NCBI GenBank assembly: GCA_039621445.1
Contig: CP154954.1
Location: forward strand, 36,751,703 to 36,815,702
Direction: 5' to 3'
Source: Euglena gracilis
Taxonomy: Eukaryota
Length of the DNA stretch: 64,000 bases
In this document: positions 22,601-35,327 of the stretch, piece after piece
Numbering within the stretch: position 1 is the stretch's first letter
Layout: each line of letters begins with the position of its first letter
Notes under the pieces: generated by a model
Database searches by the model: none
The model's input: only the letters and a program-made list of their open reading frames with translations
What the model was told of the DNA's origin: nothing
Made by a program: the position numbers and the translations under genes

Positions 22601-25600
22601 ACGCCCCCCAAATAGCAAAATTTTCACAATTTTTGGGCGTTGATCGGGGGGGGGGGTGTGGGGGCGTGATTTTCGGGGCCAGATTGGCTCAATGCCAGGA
22701 AATGGGGTGTGCCAAAACGTCCCACCAGCCCCCGGCACCAGGTCAGCTGGGTTCCCCACCCCCCAAAACCCCATGAATGTCAGCACCACTGCTGCTCAAC
22801 GCCCCCCAAATAGCAAAATTTTCACAATTTTTGGGCGTTGATCGGGGGGGGGGGGCGTGGGGGCGTGATTTTCGGGGCCAGATTGGCTCAATGCCAGGAA
22901 ATGGGGTGTGCCAAAACGTCCCACCAGCCCCCGGGACCAGGTCAGCTGGGTTCCCCACCCCCCAAAACCCCATGAATATCAGCACCACTGCTGCTCAACG
23001 CCCCCCAAATAGCAAAATTTTCACAATTTTTGGGCGTTAATCGGGGGGGGGGGGCGTGATTTTTGGGGCCAGATTGCCTCAATGCCAGGAAATGGGGTGT
23101 GCCAAAACGTCCCACCAGCCCCCGGGAGCGGGTCAGCTGGGTTCCCCACACCCCAAAACCCCATGAATGTCAGCACCACTGCTGCTCAACGACCCCCAAA
23201 TAGCAAAATTTTCACAATTTTTGGGCGTTAATCGGGGGGGGGGGGGCGTGGGGGCGTGATTTTCGGGGCCAGATTGCCTCAATGCCAGGAAATGGGGTGT
23301 GCCAAAACGTCCCACCAGCCCCCGGGACCAGGTCAGCTGGGTTCCCCACCCCCCAAAACCCCATGAATATCAGCACCACTGCTGCTCAACGCCCCCCAAA
23401 TAGCAAAATTTTCACAATTTTTGGGTGCTAATAGGGGGGGGGGCGTGGGGGCGTGATTTTCGGGGCCAGATTGGCTCAATGCCAGGAAATGGGGTGTACC
23501 AAAACGTCCCACCAGCCCCCCGGACCAGGTCAGCTGGGTTCCCCACCCCCCAAAACCCCATGAATATCAGAACCACTGCTGCTCAACACCCCCCAAATAG
23601 CAAAATTTTCACAATTTTTGGGTGCAAATGGGGGGGGGGGGGCGTGGGGGCGTGATTTTCGGGGCCAGATTGCCTCAATGCCAGGAAATGGGGTGTGCCA
23701 AAACGTCCCACCAGCCCCCGGGACCAGGTCAGCTGGGTTCCCCACACCCCAAAACCGCATGAATATCAGAACCACTGCTGCTCAACGCCCCCCAAATAGC
23801 AAAATTTTCACAATTTTTGGGTGCTAATAGGGGGGGGGGGGCGTGGGGGCGTGATTTTCGGGGCCAGATTGGCTCAATGCCAGGAAATGGGGTGTGCCAA
23901 AACGTCCCACCAGCCCCCGGGACCAGGTCAGCTGGGTTCCCCACCCCCCAAAACCCCATGAATATCAGAACCACTGCTGCTCAACCCCCCCCAAATAGCA
24001 AAATTTTCACAATTTTTGGATGTTAATCGGGGGGGGGGGGGCGTGGGGGCGTGATTTTCGGGGCCAGATTGGCTCAATGCCAGGAAACGGGGTGTGCCAA
24101 ACCCCAGGACCAGGTCAGCTGGGTTCCCCACCCCCCAAAAACCCCATGAATATCAGCAGCACTGCTGCACAACACCCCCCAAATAGCAAAATTTTCACAT
24201 TTTTTGGGTGTTAATCGGGGGTGGGGGGGGGGGCCGTGGTTTTGGGGGCCAGATTGCCTCTATGCCAGGAAACGGGGTGCGCCAAAACGTCCCACCAGCC
24301 CCCGGGACCAGGTCAGCTGGGTTCCCCACCCCCCAAAACCCCATGAATATCAGCACCACTGCTGCTCAGCGCCCCCCAAATAGCAAAATTTTCACAATTT
24401 TTGGGTGCTAATAGGGGGGGCGGCGTGGGGGCGTGATTTTCGGGGCCAGATTGCCTCAATGCCAGGAAATGGGGTGTGCCAAAACGTCCCACCAGCCCCC
24501 CGGGACCAGGTCAGCTGGGTTCCCCACCCCCCAAAACCCCATGAATATCAGCACCACTGCTGCTCAACGACCCCCAAATAGCAAAATTTTCACAATTTTT
24601 GGGCGTTAATCGGGGGGGGGGGGGGGTGATTTTTGGGGCCAGATTGCCTCAATGCCAGGAAATGGGGTGTGCCAAAACGTCCCACCAGCCCCCGGGACCA
24701 GGTCAGCTGGGTTCCCCACACCCCAAAACCCCATGAATATCAGCACCACTGCTGCTCAACGCCCCCCAAATAGCAAAATTTTCACAATTTTTGGGTGCTA
24801 ATAGGGGGGGGGGGCGTGGGGGCGTGATTTTCGGGGCCAGATTGGCTCAATGCCAGGAAATGGGGTGTACCAAAACGTCCCACCAGCCCCCCGGACCAGG
24901 TCAGCTGGGTTCCCCACCCCCCAAAACCCCATGAATATCAGAACCACTGCTGCTCAACGCCCCCCAAATAGCAAAATTTTCACAATTTTTGGGTGCTAAT
25001 AGGGGGGGGGGGGGGGGGGGGGGGTGTTTTTGGGGGCCAGATTGCCTCAATGCCAGGAAATGGGGTGTGCCAAAACGTCCCACCAGCCCCCGGGACCAGG
25101 TCAGCTGGGTTCCCCACCCCCCAAAACCCCATGAATATCAGCACCACTGCTGCTCAACGCCCCCCAAATAGCAAAATTTTCACAATTTTTGGGTGCTAAT
25201 AGGGGGGGGGGGCGTGGGGGCGTGATTTTCGGGGCCAGATTGGCTCAATGCCAGGAAATGGGGTGTACCAAAACGTCCCACCAGCCCCCCGGACCAGGTC
25301 AGCTGGGTTCCCCACCCCCCAAAACCCCATGAATATCAGAACCACTGCTGCTCAACACCCCCCAAATAGCAAAATTTTCACAATTTTTGGGTGCTAATAG
25401 GGGGGGGGGGCGTGGGGGCGTGATTTTCGGGGCCAGATTGCCTCAATGCCAGGAAATGGGGTGTGCCAAAACGTCCCACCAGCCCCCGGGACCAGGTCAG
25501 CTGGGTTCCCCACACCCCAAAACCGCATGAATATCAGAACCACTGCTGCTCAACGCCCCCCAAATAGCAAAATTTTCACAATTTTTGGGTGCTAATAGGG

Positions 25601-28600
25601 GGGGGGGCGTGGGGGCGTGATTTTCGGGGCCAGATTGTCTCATTGCCAGGAAATGGGGTGTGCCAAAACGTCCCACCAGCCCCCGGGACCAGGTCAGCTG
25701 GGTTCCCCACCCCCCAAAACCCCATGAATATCAGCACCACTGCTGCTCAACGCCCCCCAAATAGCAAAATTTTCACAATTTTTGGGTGTTAATCGGGGGG
25801 GGGGGGCGTGGGGGCGTGATTTTCGGGGCCAGATTGGCTCAATGCCAGGAAATGGGGTGCGCCAAAACGTCCCACCAGCCCCCCGGGACCAGGTCAGCTG
25901 GGTTCCCCACCCCCCAAAAACCCATGAATGTCAGCACCACTGCTGCTCAACGCCCCCCAAACAGCAAAATTTCACAATTTTTGGGCGTTAATCAGGGAGG
26001 TGGGGGGCGTGGGGGCGTGATTTTCGGGGCCAGATTGGCTCAATGCCAGGAAATGGGGTGTGCCAAAACGTCCCACCAGCCCCCGGCACCAGGTCAGCTG
26101 GGTTCCCCACCCCCCAAAACCCCATGAATGTCAGCACCACTGCTGCTCAACACCCCCCAAATAGCAAAATTTTCACAATTTTTGGGCGTTGATCGGGGGG
26201 GGGGGGCGTGGGGGCGTGATTTTCGGGGCCAGATTGGCTCAATGCCAGGAAATGGGGTGTGCCAAAACGTCCCACCAGCCCCCGGGACCAGGTCAGCTGG
26301 GTTCCCCACCCCCCAAAACCCCATGAATATCAGCACCACTGCTGCTCAACGCCCCCCAAATAGCAAAATTTTCACAATTTTTGGGTGCTAATAGGGGGGG
26401 CGGCGTGGGGGCGTGATTTTCGGGGCCAGATTGGCTCAATGCCAGGAAATGGGCCCATTTCCTGGCATTGAGGCAATCTGGCCCCGAAAATCACGCCCCC
26501 ACACCCCCCCCCCCCCCCCCCCCGATTAACGCCCCAAAATTGTGAAAATTTTGCTATTTGGGGGTCGTTGAGCAGCAGTGGTGCTGACATTCATGGGGTT
26601 TTGGGGTGTGGGGAACCCAGCTGACCCGCTCCCGGGGGCTGGTAGGACGTTTTGGCACACCCCATTTCCTGGCATTGAGGCAATCTGGCCCCAAAAATCA
26701 CGCCCCCCCCCCCGATTAACGCCCAAAATTTGTGAAAATTTTGCTATTTGGGGGCAGGGTTCGATATAAGGAGGGCGTACATGGTTTAGGTGGGGGGGGG
26801 GGCCCCCCCCCCCCCCCCCCCCCCTCCAGGCCGCCAGGGGGGGGCCCGGACCACCCCCCCCCCCACCTGCAAGGGGGGTCCGGACCGACCCTCGGGGGCA
26901 AAAATTGACCCCCCCCAAAAAGGGTCAATTTTTTCCTCCGGCGCTTCGCGCCGAAAATTTTTTGCATTTTTGGCACATTTTTGCCCAAAAAGTGCCCAAA
27001 ATGGCACTTTTGGTCGTTTTGGGGGGGCAAAAATTTTCGGCCCGGCGCTTCGCGCCGGGCCGAAAATTCGGCCACCCTGACCGCGCACCTGTTTAGGTGG
27101 GGGGGGTGTCCCCCCCACCCCCCCCCCCCTCCTGGCCCGCGGGGGGGGGTCCGGACCACCCCCCCCCCACCTGTCCTTATATCGAACCCTGTTTGGGGGG
27201 CGTTGAGCAGCAGTGGTGCTGATATTCATGGGGTTTTGGGGGGTGGGGAACCCAGCTGACCTGGTTCCGGGGGCTGGTGGGACGTTTTGGCACACGTGTG
27301 CCAAAATGTCACACCAGCTCCCGGGAGCAGGTCAGCTGGGTTCCCCACCCCCCAAAAACCCATGAATATCAGAACCATTGCTGCTCAACCCCCCCCCAAA
27401 TAGCAAAATTTTCACAATTTTTGGGTGTTAACCGGAGGGGGGGGGGGCGTGGGGGCGTGATTTTGGCGGCCAGATTGCCTCAATGCCAGGAAATGGGGTG
27501 TGCCAAAGCGTCCCACCAGCCCCCGGGACCAGGTCAGCTGGGTTCCCCACCCCCCAAAACCCCATGAATATCAGAACCACTGCTGCTCAACCCCCCCAAA
27601 TAGCAAATTTTTCACAATTTTTGGGTGTTAACCGGAGGGGGGGGGGCGTGGGGGCGTGATTTTCGGGGCCAGATTGCCTCAATGCCAGGAAATGGGGTGT
27701 GCCAAAGCGTCCCACCAGCCCCCGGGACCAGGTCAGCTGGGTTCCCCACCCCCCCAAAACCCCATGAATATCAGAACCACTGCTGCTCAACCCCCCCAAA
27801 TAGCAAATTTCTCACAATTTTTGGGTGTTGGGGGGGGCGTGGGGGCGTGATTTTCGGGGCCAGATTGCCTCAATGCCAGGAAATGGGGTGTGCCAAAGCG
27901 TCCCACCAGCCCCCGGGACCAGGTCAGCTGGGTTCCCCACCCCCCAAAACCCCATGAATATCAGAACCACTGCTGCTCAACCCCCCCAAATAGCAAAATT
28001 TTCACAATTTTTGGGTGTTAACCGGAGGGGGGGGGGCGTGGGGGCGTGATTTTCGGGGCCAGATTGCCTCAATGCCAGGAAATGGGGTGTGCCAAAACGT
28101 CCCACCAGCCCCCGGGACCAGGTCAGCTGGGCTCCCCACCCCCCAAAACCCCATGAATATCAGAACCACTGCTGCTCAACCCCCCCCCCAAATAGCAAAT
28201 TTCTCACAATTTTTGGGTGTTAACCGGAGGGGGGGGGGGCGTGGGGGCGTGATTTTCGCGGCCAGATTGCCTCAATGCCAGGAAATGGGGTGTGCCAAAA
28301 CGTCCCACCAGCCCCCGGGACCAGGTCAGCTGGGCTCCCCACCCCCCAAAAACCCCATGAATATCAGAACCACTGCTGCTCAACCCCCCCCAAATAGCAA
28401 ATTTCTCACAATTTTTGGGTGTTAACCGGAGGGGGGGGGGGGCATGAGGGTGTGATTTTCGGGGCCAGATTGCCTCAATGCCAGGAAATGGGGTGTGCCA
28501 AAACGTCCCACCAGCCCCCGGGACCAGGTCAGCTGGGTTCCCCACCCCCCAAAACCCCATGAATATCAGAACCACTGCTGCTCAACCCCCCCCCAAATAG

Positions 28601-30960
28601 CAAAATTTCTCACAATTTTGGGGTGTTAACCGGAGGGGGGGGCGTGGGGTTGTGATTTTCGCGGCCAGATTGCCTCAATGCCAGGAAATGGGGTGTGCCA
28701 AAGCGTCCCACCAGCCCCCGGGACCAGGTCAGCTGGGTTCCCCACCCCCCAAAAACCCCATGAATATCAGAACCACTGCTGCTCAACCCCCCCCAAATAG
28801 CAAATTTCTCACAATTTTTGGGTGTTAACCGGAGGGGGGGGGGGCGTGGGGGCGTGATTTTCGGGGCCAGATTGCCTCAATGCCAGGAAATGGGGTGTGC
28901 CAAAGCGTCCCACCAGCCCCCGGGACCAGGTCAGCTGGGTTCCCCACCCCCCAAAACCCCCATGAATATCAGAACCACTGCTGCTCAACCCCCCCCAAAT
29001 AGCAAATTTCTCACAATTTTTGGGTGTTAACCGGAGGGGGGGGGGCGTGGGGGTGTGATTTTCGCGGCCAGATTGCCTCAATGCCAGGAAATGGGGTGTG
29101 CCAAAACGTCCCACCAGCCCCCGGGACCAGGTCAGCTGGGTTCCCCACCCCCCAAAACCCCATGAATATCAGAACCACTGCTGCTCAACCCCCCAAATAG
29201 CAAAATTTTCACAATTTTTGGGTGTCAACCGGAGGGGGGGGGGCGTGGGGGTGTGATTTTCGCGGCCAGATTGCCTCAATGCCAGGAAATGGGGTGTGCC
29301 AAAACGTCCCACCAGCCCCCGGGACCAGGTCAGCTGAGTTCCCCACCCCCCAAAAACCCATGAATATCAGAACCACTGCTGCTCAACCCCCCCCAAATAG
29401 CAAATTTCTCACAATTTTTGGGTGTTAACCGGAGGGGGGGGGGCATGAGGGTGTGATTTTCGGGGCCAGATTGCCTCAATGCCAGGAAATGGGGTGTGCC
29501 AAAACGTCCCACCAGCCCCCGGGACCAGGTCAGCTGAGTTCCCCACCCCCCAAAACCCCATGAATATCAGAACCACTGCTGCTCAACCCCCCCCAAATAG
29601 CAAATTTCTCACAATTTTTTGGGTGTTGACCGGGGAGGGGGGCGTGGGGGCGTGATTTTCGCGGCCAGATTGCCTCAATGCCAGGAAATGGGGTGTGCCA
29701 AAGCGTCCCACCAGCCCCTGGGACCAATTCAGCTGAGTTCCCCACCCCCCAAAGCCCCATGAATATCAGAACCACTGCTGCTCAACCCCCCCCAAATAGC
29801 AAATTTCTCACAATTTTTGGGTGTTAACCGGAGGGGGGGGGGGCGCGGGGGCGTGATTTTCGCGGCCAGATTGCCTCAATGCCAGGAAATGGGGTGTGCC
29901 AAAACGTCCCACCAGCCCCCGGGACCAGGTCAGCTGGGTTCCCCACCCCCAAAAACCCCATGAATATCAGAACCACTGCTGCTCAACCCCCCCCAAATAG
30001 CAAAATTTTCACAATTTTTGGGTGTTAACCGGAGGGGGGGGGGGCGTGGGGGCGTGATTTTCGCGGCCAGATTGCCTCAATGCCAGGAAATGGGGTGTGC
30101 CAAAACGTCCCACCAGCCCCCGGGACCAGGTCAGCTGGGCTCCCCACCCCCCAAAACCCCATGAATATCAGAACCACTGCTGCTCAACCCCCCCCAAATA
30201 GCAAATTTCTCACAATTTTTGGGTGTTAACCAGAGGGGGGCGGGCGTGGGGCGTGATTTTCGCGGCCAGATTGCCTCAATGCCAGGAAATGGGGTGTGCC
30301 AAAACGTCCCACCAGCCCCCGGGACCAGGTCAGCTGGGTTCCCCACCCCCCAAAAACCCCATGAATATCAGAACCACTGCTGCTCAACCCCCCCAAATAG
30401 CAAATTTCTCACAATTTTTGGGTGTTAACCGGAGGGGGGGGGGCGTGGGGGCGTGATTTTCGGGGCCAGATTGCCTCAATGCCAGGAAATGGGGTGTGCC
30501 AAAGCGTCCCACCAGCCCCCGGGACCAGGTCAGCTGGGCTCCCCACCCCCCAAAAACCCCATGAATATCAGAACCACTGCTGCTCAACCCCCCCAAATAG
30601 CAAAATTTTCACAATTTTTGGGTGTTAACCAGAGGGGGACGGGCGTGGGGGCGTGATTTTCGGGGCCAGATTGCCTCAATGCCAGGAAATGGGGTGTGCC
30701 AAAGCGTCCCACCAGCCCCCGGGACCAGGTCAGCTGGGCTCCCCACCCCCCAAAAACCCCATGAATATCAGAACCACTGCTGCTCAACCCCCCCAAATAG
30801 CACATTTCTCACAATTTTTGGGTGTTAACCGGAGGGGGGAGGGCGTGGGGGCGTGATATTCGCGGCCAGATTGCCTCAATGCCAGGAAATGGGGTGTGCC
30901 AAAGCGTCCCACCAGCCCCCGGGACCAGGTCAGCTGGGCTCCCCACCCCCCAAAAACCCC
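19664..30960. repeat. ~199-bp tandem satellite array (roughly 50-55 monomers)
   Basis: Monomer ccagattgcctcaatgccaggaaatggggtgtgccaaaacgtcccaccagcccccgggaccaggtcagctgggttccccac...atgaatatcag(c/a)accactgctgctcaac...aaatagcaaaattttcacaatttttggg...(G)n cgtgggggcgtgattttcgggg, repeated head-to-tail. 26454-27295 is inverted. Confidence 0.98.
26755..27191. mobile_element. hAT-like MITE (CAGGGTTCGATATAAGGA family) inserted in the satellite
   Basis: Perfect 18-bp TIR. 8-bp TSD TTTGGGGG (26747-26754 / 27192-27199). Copies at 39880 and 58584. Confidence 0.95.
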
Positions 30961-31364
30961 AGAATCACCTGAGCCGCTGCTGGTCACCACCCCACAATCG
31001 CAAAAGTTTGCCCTTTTTTTGTGTAATTTGGGACCATCTGTGCGACCGCCACCCCTCCCCCTCAAACGGCAGGGCCAAAGCGGCAGGGTTTTTGGTTCGT
31101 GAAGGAAAAGGGTTAGGGTCAGTGTCAGGGACCCAGTCTGGGGGCTGGTGGCACGTTTTGGCACCCCGCGTTTCTTGGCATTCAATCTGGCTTTGAAAAG
31201 CACGCCCCCCGCCCCCCTTCAACAGCTGAAAATTGTCCAAATTTTGCAATTCGGGGGGTTGGCCAGATTACCCCAATGCCAGGAAATGGTGGGTGCCAAA
31301 GAGGGCCACCAGCCCCCGGGACCAGGTCAGCTGGGTTCCCCACCCCCCAAAACCCCATGAATAT

Positions 31365-31662
31365 CAGACTGACTGGTTTTTTCAGAGTGACTGACTGGTT
31401 TTGGGTGGGGGGGGGGTCGGCCAGGGGTGGGCAAAAGTGGCTTGAGTGACCCCGGCGCCAAAGGCGTCGGGAAAATTTTTTTGGCCTAAAATGGCCCAAA
31501 GTGACTGGAAATCGGCCGTTTTTCTGAGTGACTGACCCCCCCGGGGGGGAGGGGGGGTAGTGACTGACTGGCTTCCCAAAAAAAAAGTGACTGACTGGTT
31601 TTTCAAAAAGTGGAGTGACCCCCCCCTCCCCCCCCTCCCGGGGGTCGGTAAAAAATTGTATG
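31365..31662. mobile_element. Left-truncated MITE of the gtgactgactgg family
   Basis: Colinear with 49761-50124. Right end ggtaaaaaattgtatg retained, left TIR missing. Confidence 0.7.
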
Positions 31663-32289
31663 ACCCCCCCCACCCCGTCTCGGGGGCGATTGTTCGCTGC
31701 ATGACCGCCCCCCCCCCCCAAACGACAGTGTCAAAAATTTTGGTTTGTGAAGGAACAGGTCCCGGGGGCTGGTGGCGCTTTTTGGCACCCCACATTTCCT
31801 GCATTCAATCTGGCCTTGAAAATCACGCCCCCACGGCCCGATTGTCAAAATTTTGCAATTCGGGGGGTTTAGAGCAGCTGTATTCCCACCCCCCGAATAA
31901 CAAAATTTTAAGAAAAACCCCTCAATGATCCCATGAATACCAGAACCACTGCTGCTCAACCCCCCCAAATAGCAAAATTTTCACATTTTTTTGGGTGTTA
32001 ATCGGGGGGGGGGGGGAGGGGGGCGGGGGGGCGTGACTTTCGGGGCCAGATTGCCTCAATGCCAGGAAATGGGGTTGCCAAAGAGCGCCACCAGCCCCCG
32101 GGACCAGGTCAGCTGGGTTCCCCATCCCCAAAAACCCCACTGTTTCGTAAGTGAGGAAACAGATCTTGGCCTGAAAATCACGCCCCGTGCCCTGGTTAAC
32201 AGTTGAAAATTGTCAAAATTTTACAATTCGGGGTGTTGAGCAGCTGTATCCCCCACCTGAGTGGCAAATTTTTGACTTTTTTTTGTGTT

Positions 32290-33300
32290 TTTTTTTGCAT
32301 GCTGTGTTTTTGCCAAGAATTTTATGTGGTTGTCACTCCCCACACCTCTTGGCATTCAGGTACTCTCCAAGGAGGAGAAGGAGGAGGAAAATGAAGGAAA
32401 AAAGAAGAATGAAAAAGGAGGAGGAAGAGGAAGAAGAGGGAAGAAGAGGGAAGGAGAGGAAGAAGAGGAAGGAAGAAGGAAGGGGAAAAAGAAGAAGGAG
32501 CAAGAAGAAGGAAGCAGGCGATGGAATACGAAGGAGGAAGGAGAAGAAGGAAGAAAGAATGATCAGAGAAGAAGGAAAAGGGAATGATCAGAGAAGGAGA
32601 GGGAGACAATGGAAGAGGAAGGTGGCCATCGCCAACACCCACCTCCTCGCTTCCAGCCCAGTGCCCCGCACTACCACAAAATAGCTTGTGGTTGACAGTT
32701 TTTTTGTGAATTGGTCGCGTTGTTGTTTCCCCCGCGTGGCTATGCAAAATAGCACCGGAACAAAGCTGTGTGTGTTTTTTTAAGGAAGCTTGCATCCACG
32801 CAGACACACGCCTGCGCGCACACGCATGCACTTGCGCGCACGCACGCACACACACACACACACACACACGCATATGCACACGCACACGCACACACGCATG
32901 TGCACTCACAGAAAGTGCGAGGAACACAGCACATGCAGAGCAGGCAACACAGTTTGTTGTGGAGTTTGCGCTGTTTGTGTGAGCTGGGGGAGGGCACTGA
33001 CGGGAGGCAGCGGCGGCCAGGCGGCGCAGGAGCGGGGGCAAGTGAAGGAGCGGGGGGCGGGCTGCGCTCTTCCCACCTCCACGTCCATCTGCCCACCGGT
33101 CCGCTCGTTGCCAGGTGTGTGCTGCTGCATCAGCAGGAAGCGAGCCCCCCCCCCAGGGCTGGTATTTTAGGCGTTTTGCATCTTTTTTTGGCCATTTTCG
33201 GGGAAAAGTGGTTGGGGGTGACCCCCCTCCCCCCCGGTTTTTTAAAAAAAAACCCTGCCTGGCCTGTGTGCAGGTGTGCGCTTTCCGCTTCAGCAAGGTA
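32290..33300. repeat. Dispersed ~1-kb repeat with (GA)-rich tract and (CA)n microsatellite
   Basis: Conserved blocks cattcaggt.ctctcca, cagtgcccc, catgcagag, ggcactga.gggaggcagcggcggccaggcggcgcaggagcgggggcaag. Other copies at ~12380-12740, 37655-39330, 46720-47740, 50380-51160 and 55660-56345. Confidence 0.85.
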
Positions 33301-34139
33301 TTCTAGCACTGGCTTCCAACCACTCAGATTTTCTCTCTGGGTGTGAATTCATATTTGTTCATTGTGCATGGATTTTGCGTGCGTGGTTTTTTTGGACGCA
33401 CATTGTTTTTATTGCAGGGATTTTTGAATAACTTTGGCTGGTATTGGTGCACAGTGCCACAGGAAATATTGTCCGGGTGAGACCCCCGGACCCCCGGACC
33501 CCCCAGAGGGGGAGGGTCTAGCCCTGGCTGGTGGCTTTATCCGATGTCTCCGCAAAATGCCGGTGGACCCCTGAGGGCCTTAAGCAGAAGCCTGCCTGGA
33601 ACCCCCCTCAAGGGGAGCCAGCCAGCGCTTCGTTGATTTATGAGAAGTGTTTTCTGGGCAGCGGACGAGACACCCCAGGCTGCTCACTGCCCCCCCTCCC
33701 CCAATCCCCCCCCCTCATTGGTGTGCAGGGTGAGGAAGCTGCGCCCCAGACCAGTCTTCGCCGCCGGAGCACCGGGACGGCGCGGCGGGCCGGCAGTGCG
33801 GCGGGGAAGGAGGCCAGCGCCGCCGCGGCGGTCTGCCTGGCCACCGCTTTGGGTGGTGCGGATGGCTTCGCAACCCAACCCACACCCCCCCCCCCCAGAA
33901 ATGCCGGTCCCACCACCACTGCTTGCCACCCCCCGGGATGAACGTGGACGACAGGCACCGTACGTCCGATTAGGCGCTTGCGGTTGCATTTTGTGAGGGC
34001 GGCTGAAAAAAATTTGTGCAAAACCGTGGCCGGCAGTGCACGACAGGCCCCGTGGCACAGAATTGTGCCACAGGCCTAGGCAAATGCAGAGGGCAATGTT
34101 TTTGGCTGCCCGTTGTATTCTCCCCCCGGAACCGCAGAG

Positions 34140-35225
34140 CACGGGGTCCCGCCGGCCCATGTGCGGCCGCCACCAGGCACATGATGACCCCGCCAGGCAC
34201 TTATAGTCGGAGGCCAGCAGGGGACGGGAAAGGGGTTCGGTGAGAACCGGTGTGATGGTCGCTCATGGCCAGGTCGGTGCTTTGGCCATTTGGTCCCCCC
34301 TTGCCGCCATCCTTCGACTGCCCTCGACCTCTTTCCTCCGTGGCTTTTTGCTGCCTTGCTGCCCCTCAGCTTTGGTGCTGCAGCTTGCTGGGGCTGTCTA
34401 ACGTGCTCCCCCATTGTGCTTCGCCTACTTTGCTTGGAACTCCTGTGCTCTTGCTTGCGACCTCTGCCCTGGGCCTGTTGTGGTCCTGCCCTGTTTCTTG
34501 GACCAATCAGGTCCGCGGCTGCACACCTGCAATGGCCAGCAGGCCTTCTGCCACCTGTGTGAGGTTTCGGGCTGGACTATAGGCGCCTGGCCGTTGCGTG
34601 TGTCCTGATCCCACTGACTCATATGCCCCCATGGGGTGCTGATGCTTGGTGGCGGCCAGCACTGGGCCGGGGCAAACCCAGAACACTGCCGCTCCCAGAA
34701 ACCACCTCTGGCCCCAACCGGAGAAAGCCCCAACCCCCCCCCCCAGTCTGGGACGGGCCACCCCAGACACGGAAACGCACACAAACGCAGGGATGGAAAG
34801 GTCGAGTGTTTTGGCTTAACGAGGTTTAATAAGATGGCCATTCCATTTGCTGAGGTTGGGTTTGGCGTGGTTGCCAGATGGCAGCGGCGGCTGCCAGGAG
34901 CAGTGGCGGCGGCGGCAGAGGCGGGCGGCAGCACAAGTGCGGGTGCTGGGGGCAGAGGTGTGCTCCTCTCTGCCATTTGCTGCATTTGCCCTGGCATAGA
35001 TGGGAGTTGGGGGACAATTTTTGGGTGGCAGGGAAGGAATGACACACACCAAGCCCCCAAATGGAGCGCCAAAGGTTCAACCCGTCCTTGTAAAGTCTTT
35101 TGGGACATTCTGTTTGAGTTGCTGGACGTCACACCATTGCTTCACCGCTTTGTTTTGTTTTCCCGGCAAGGTTCACGGCAAGCATTCTCACATTTCCATT
35201 CCCTCAAGTCGGCGGTTTTGACCCA
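34140..35225 (-). pseudogene. Decayed coding remnant related to those at 13.1-13.8 kb and 51.3-53.3 kb
   Basis: K/A-rich minus-strand stretch ending in VPGGVIMCLVAA. Frame broken. Confidence 0.3.
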
Positions 35226-35327
35226 TTAGTACATTAGAGTGAGTAGTCGGCCAACCAGTCGGCCGACTACCCACGCCCCCCCCCCCCCGTCTCGCTGACT
35301 ACCCCCCCCCCCTAGTCGTACGACCAC

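Noticed and set aside
19695-31196. Dozens of short ORFs across the satellite
   Set aside because: Recurring monomer translations broken by homopolymer length changes.
31520-31532. tttctgagtg resembling part of the Euglena spliced leader
   Set aside because: Only ~10 nt match, inside a MITE, and the rest of the leader and its donor site are absent.
32187-32684. K/E/R-rich ORFs (also 37582-37932 and 46868-47452) and His/Thr- or Cys/Val-rich ORFs
   Set aside because: These are translations of (GA)-rich and (CA)n simple repeats, and the frames are not conserved among copies.
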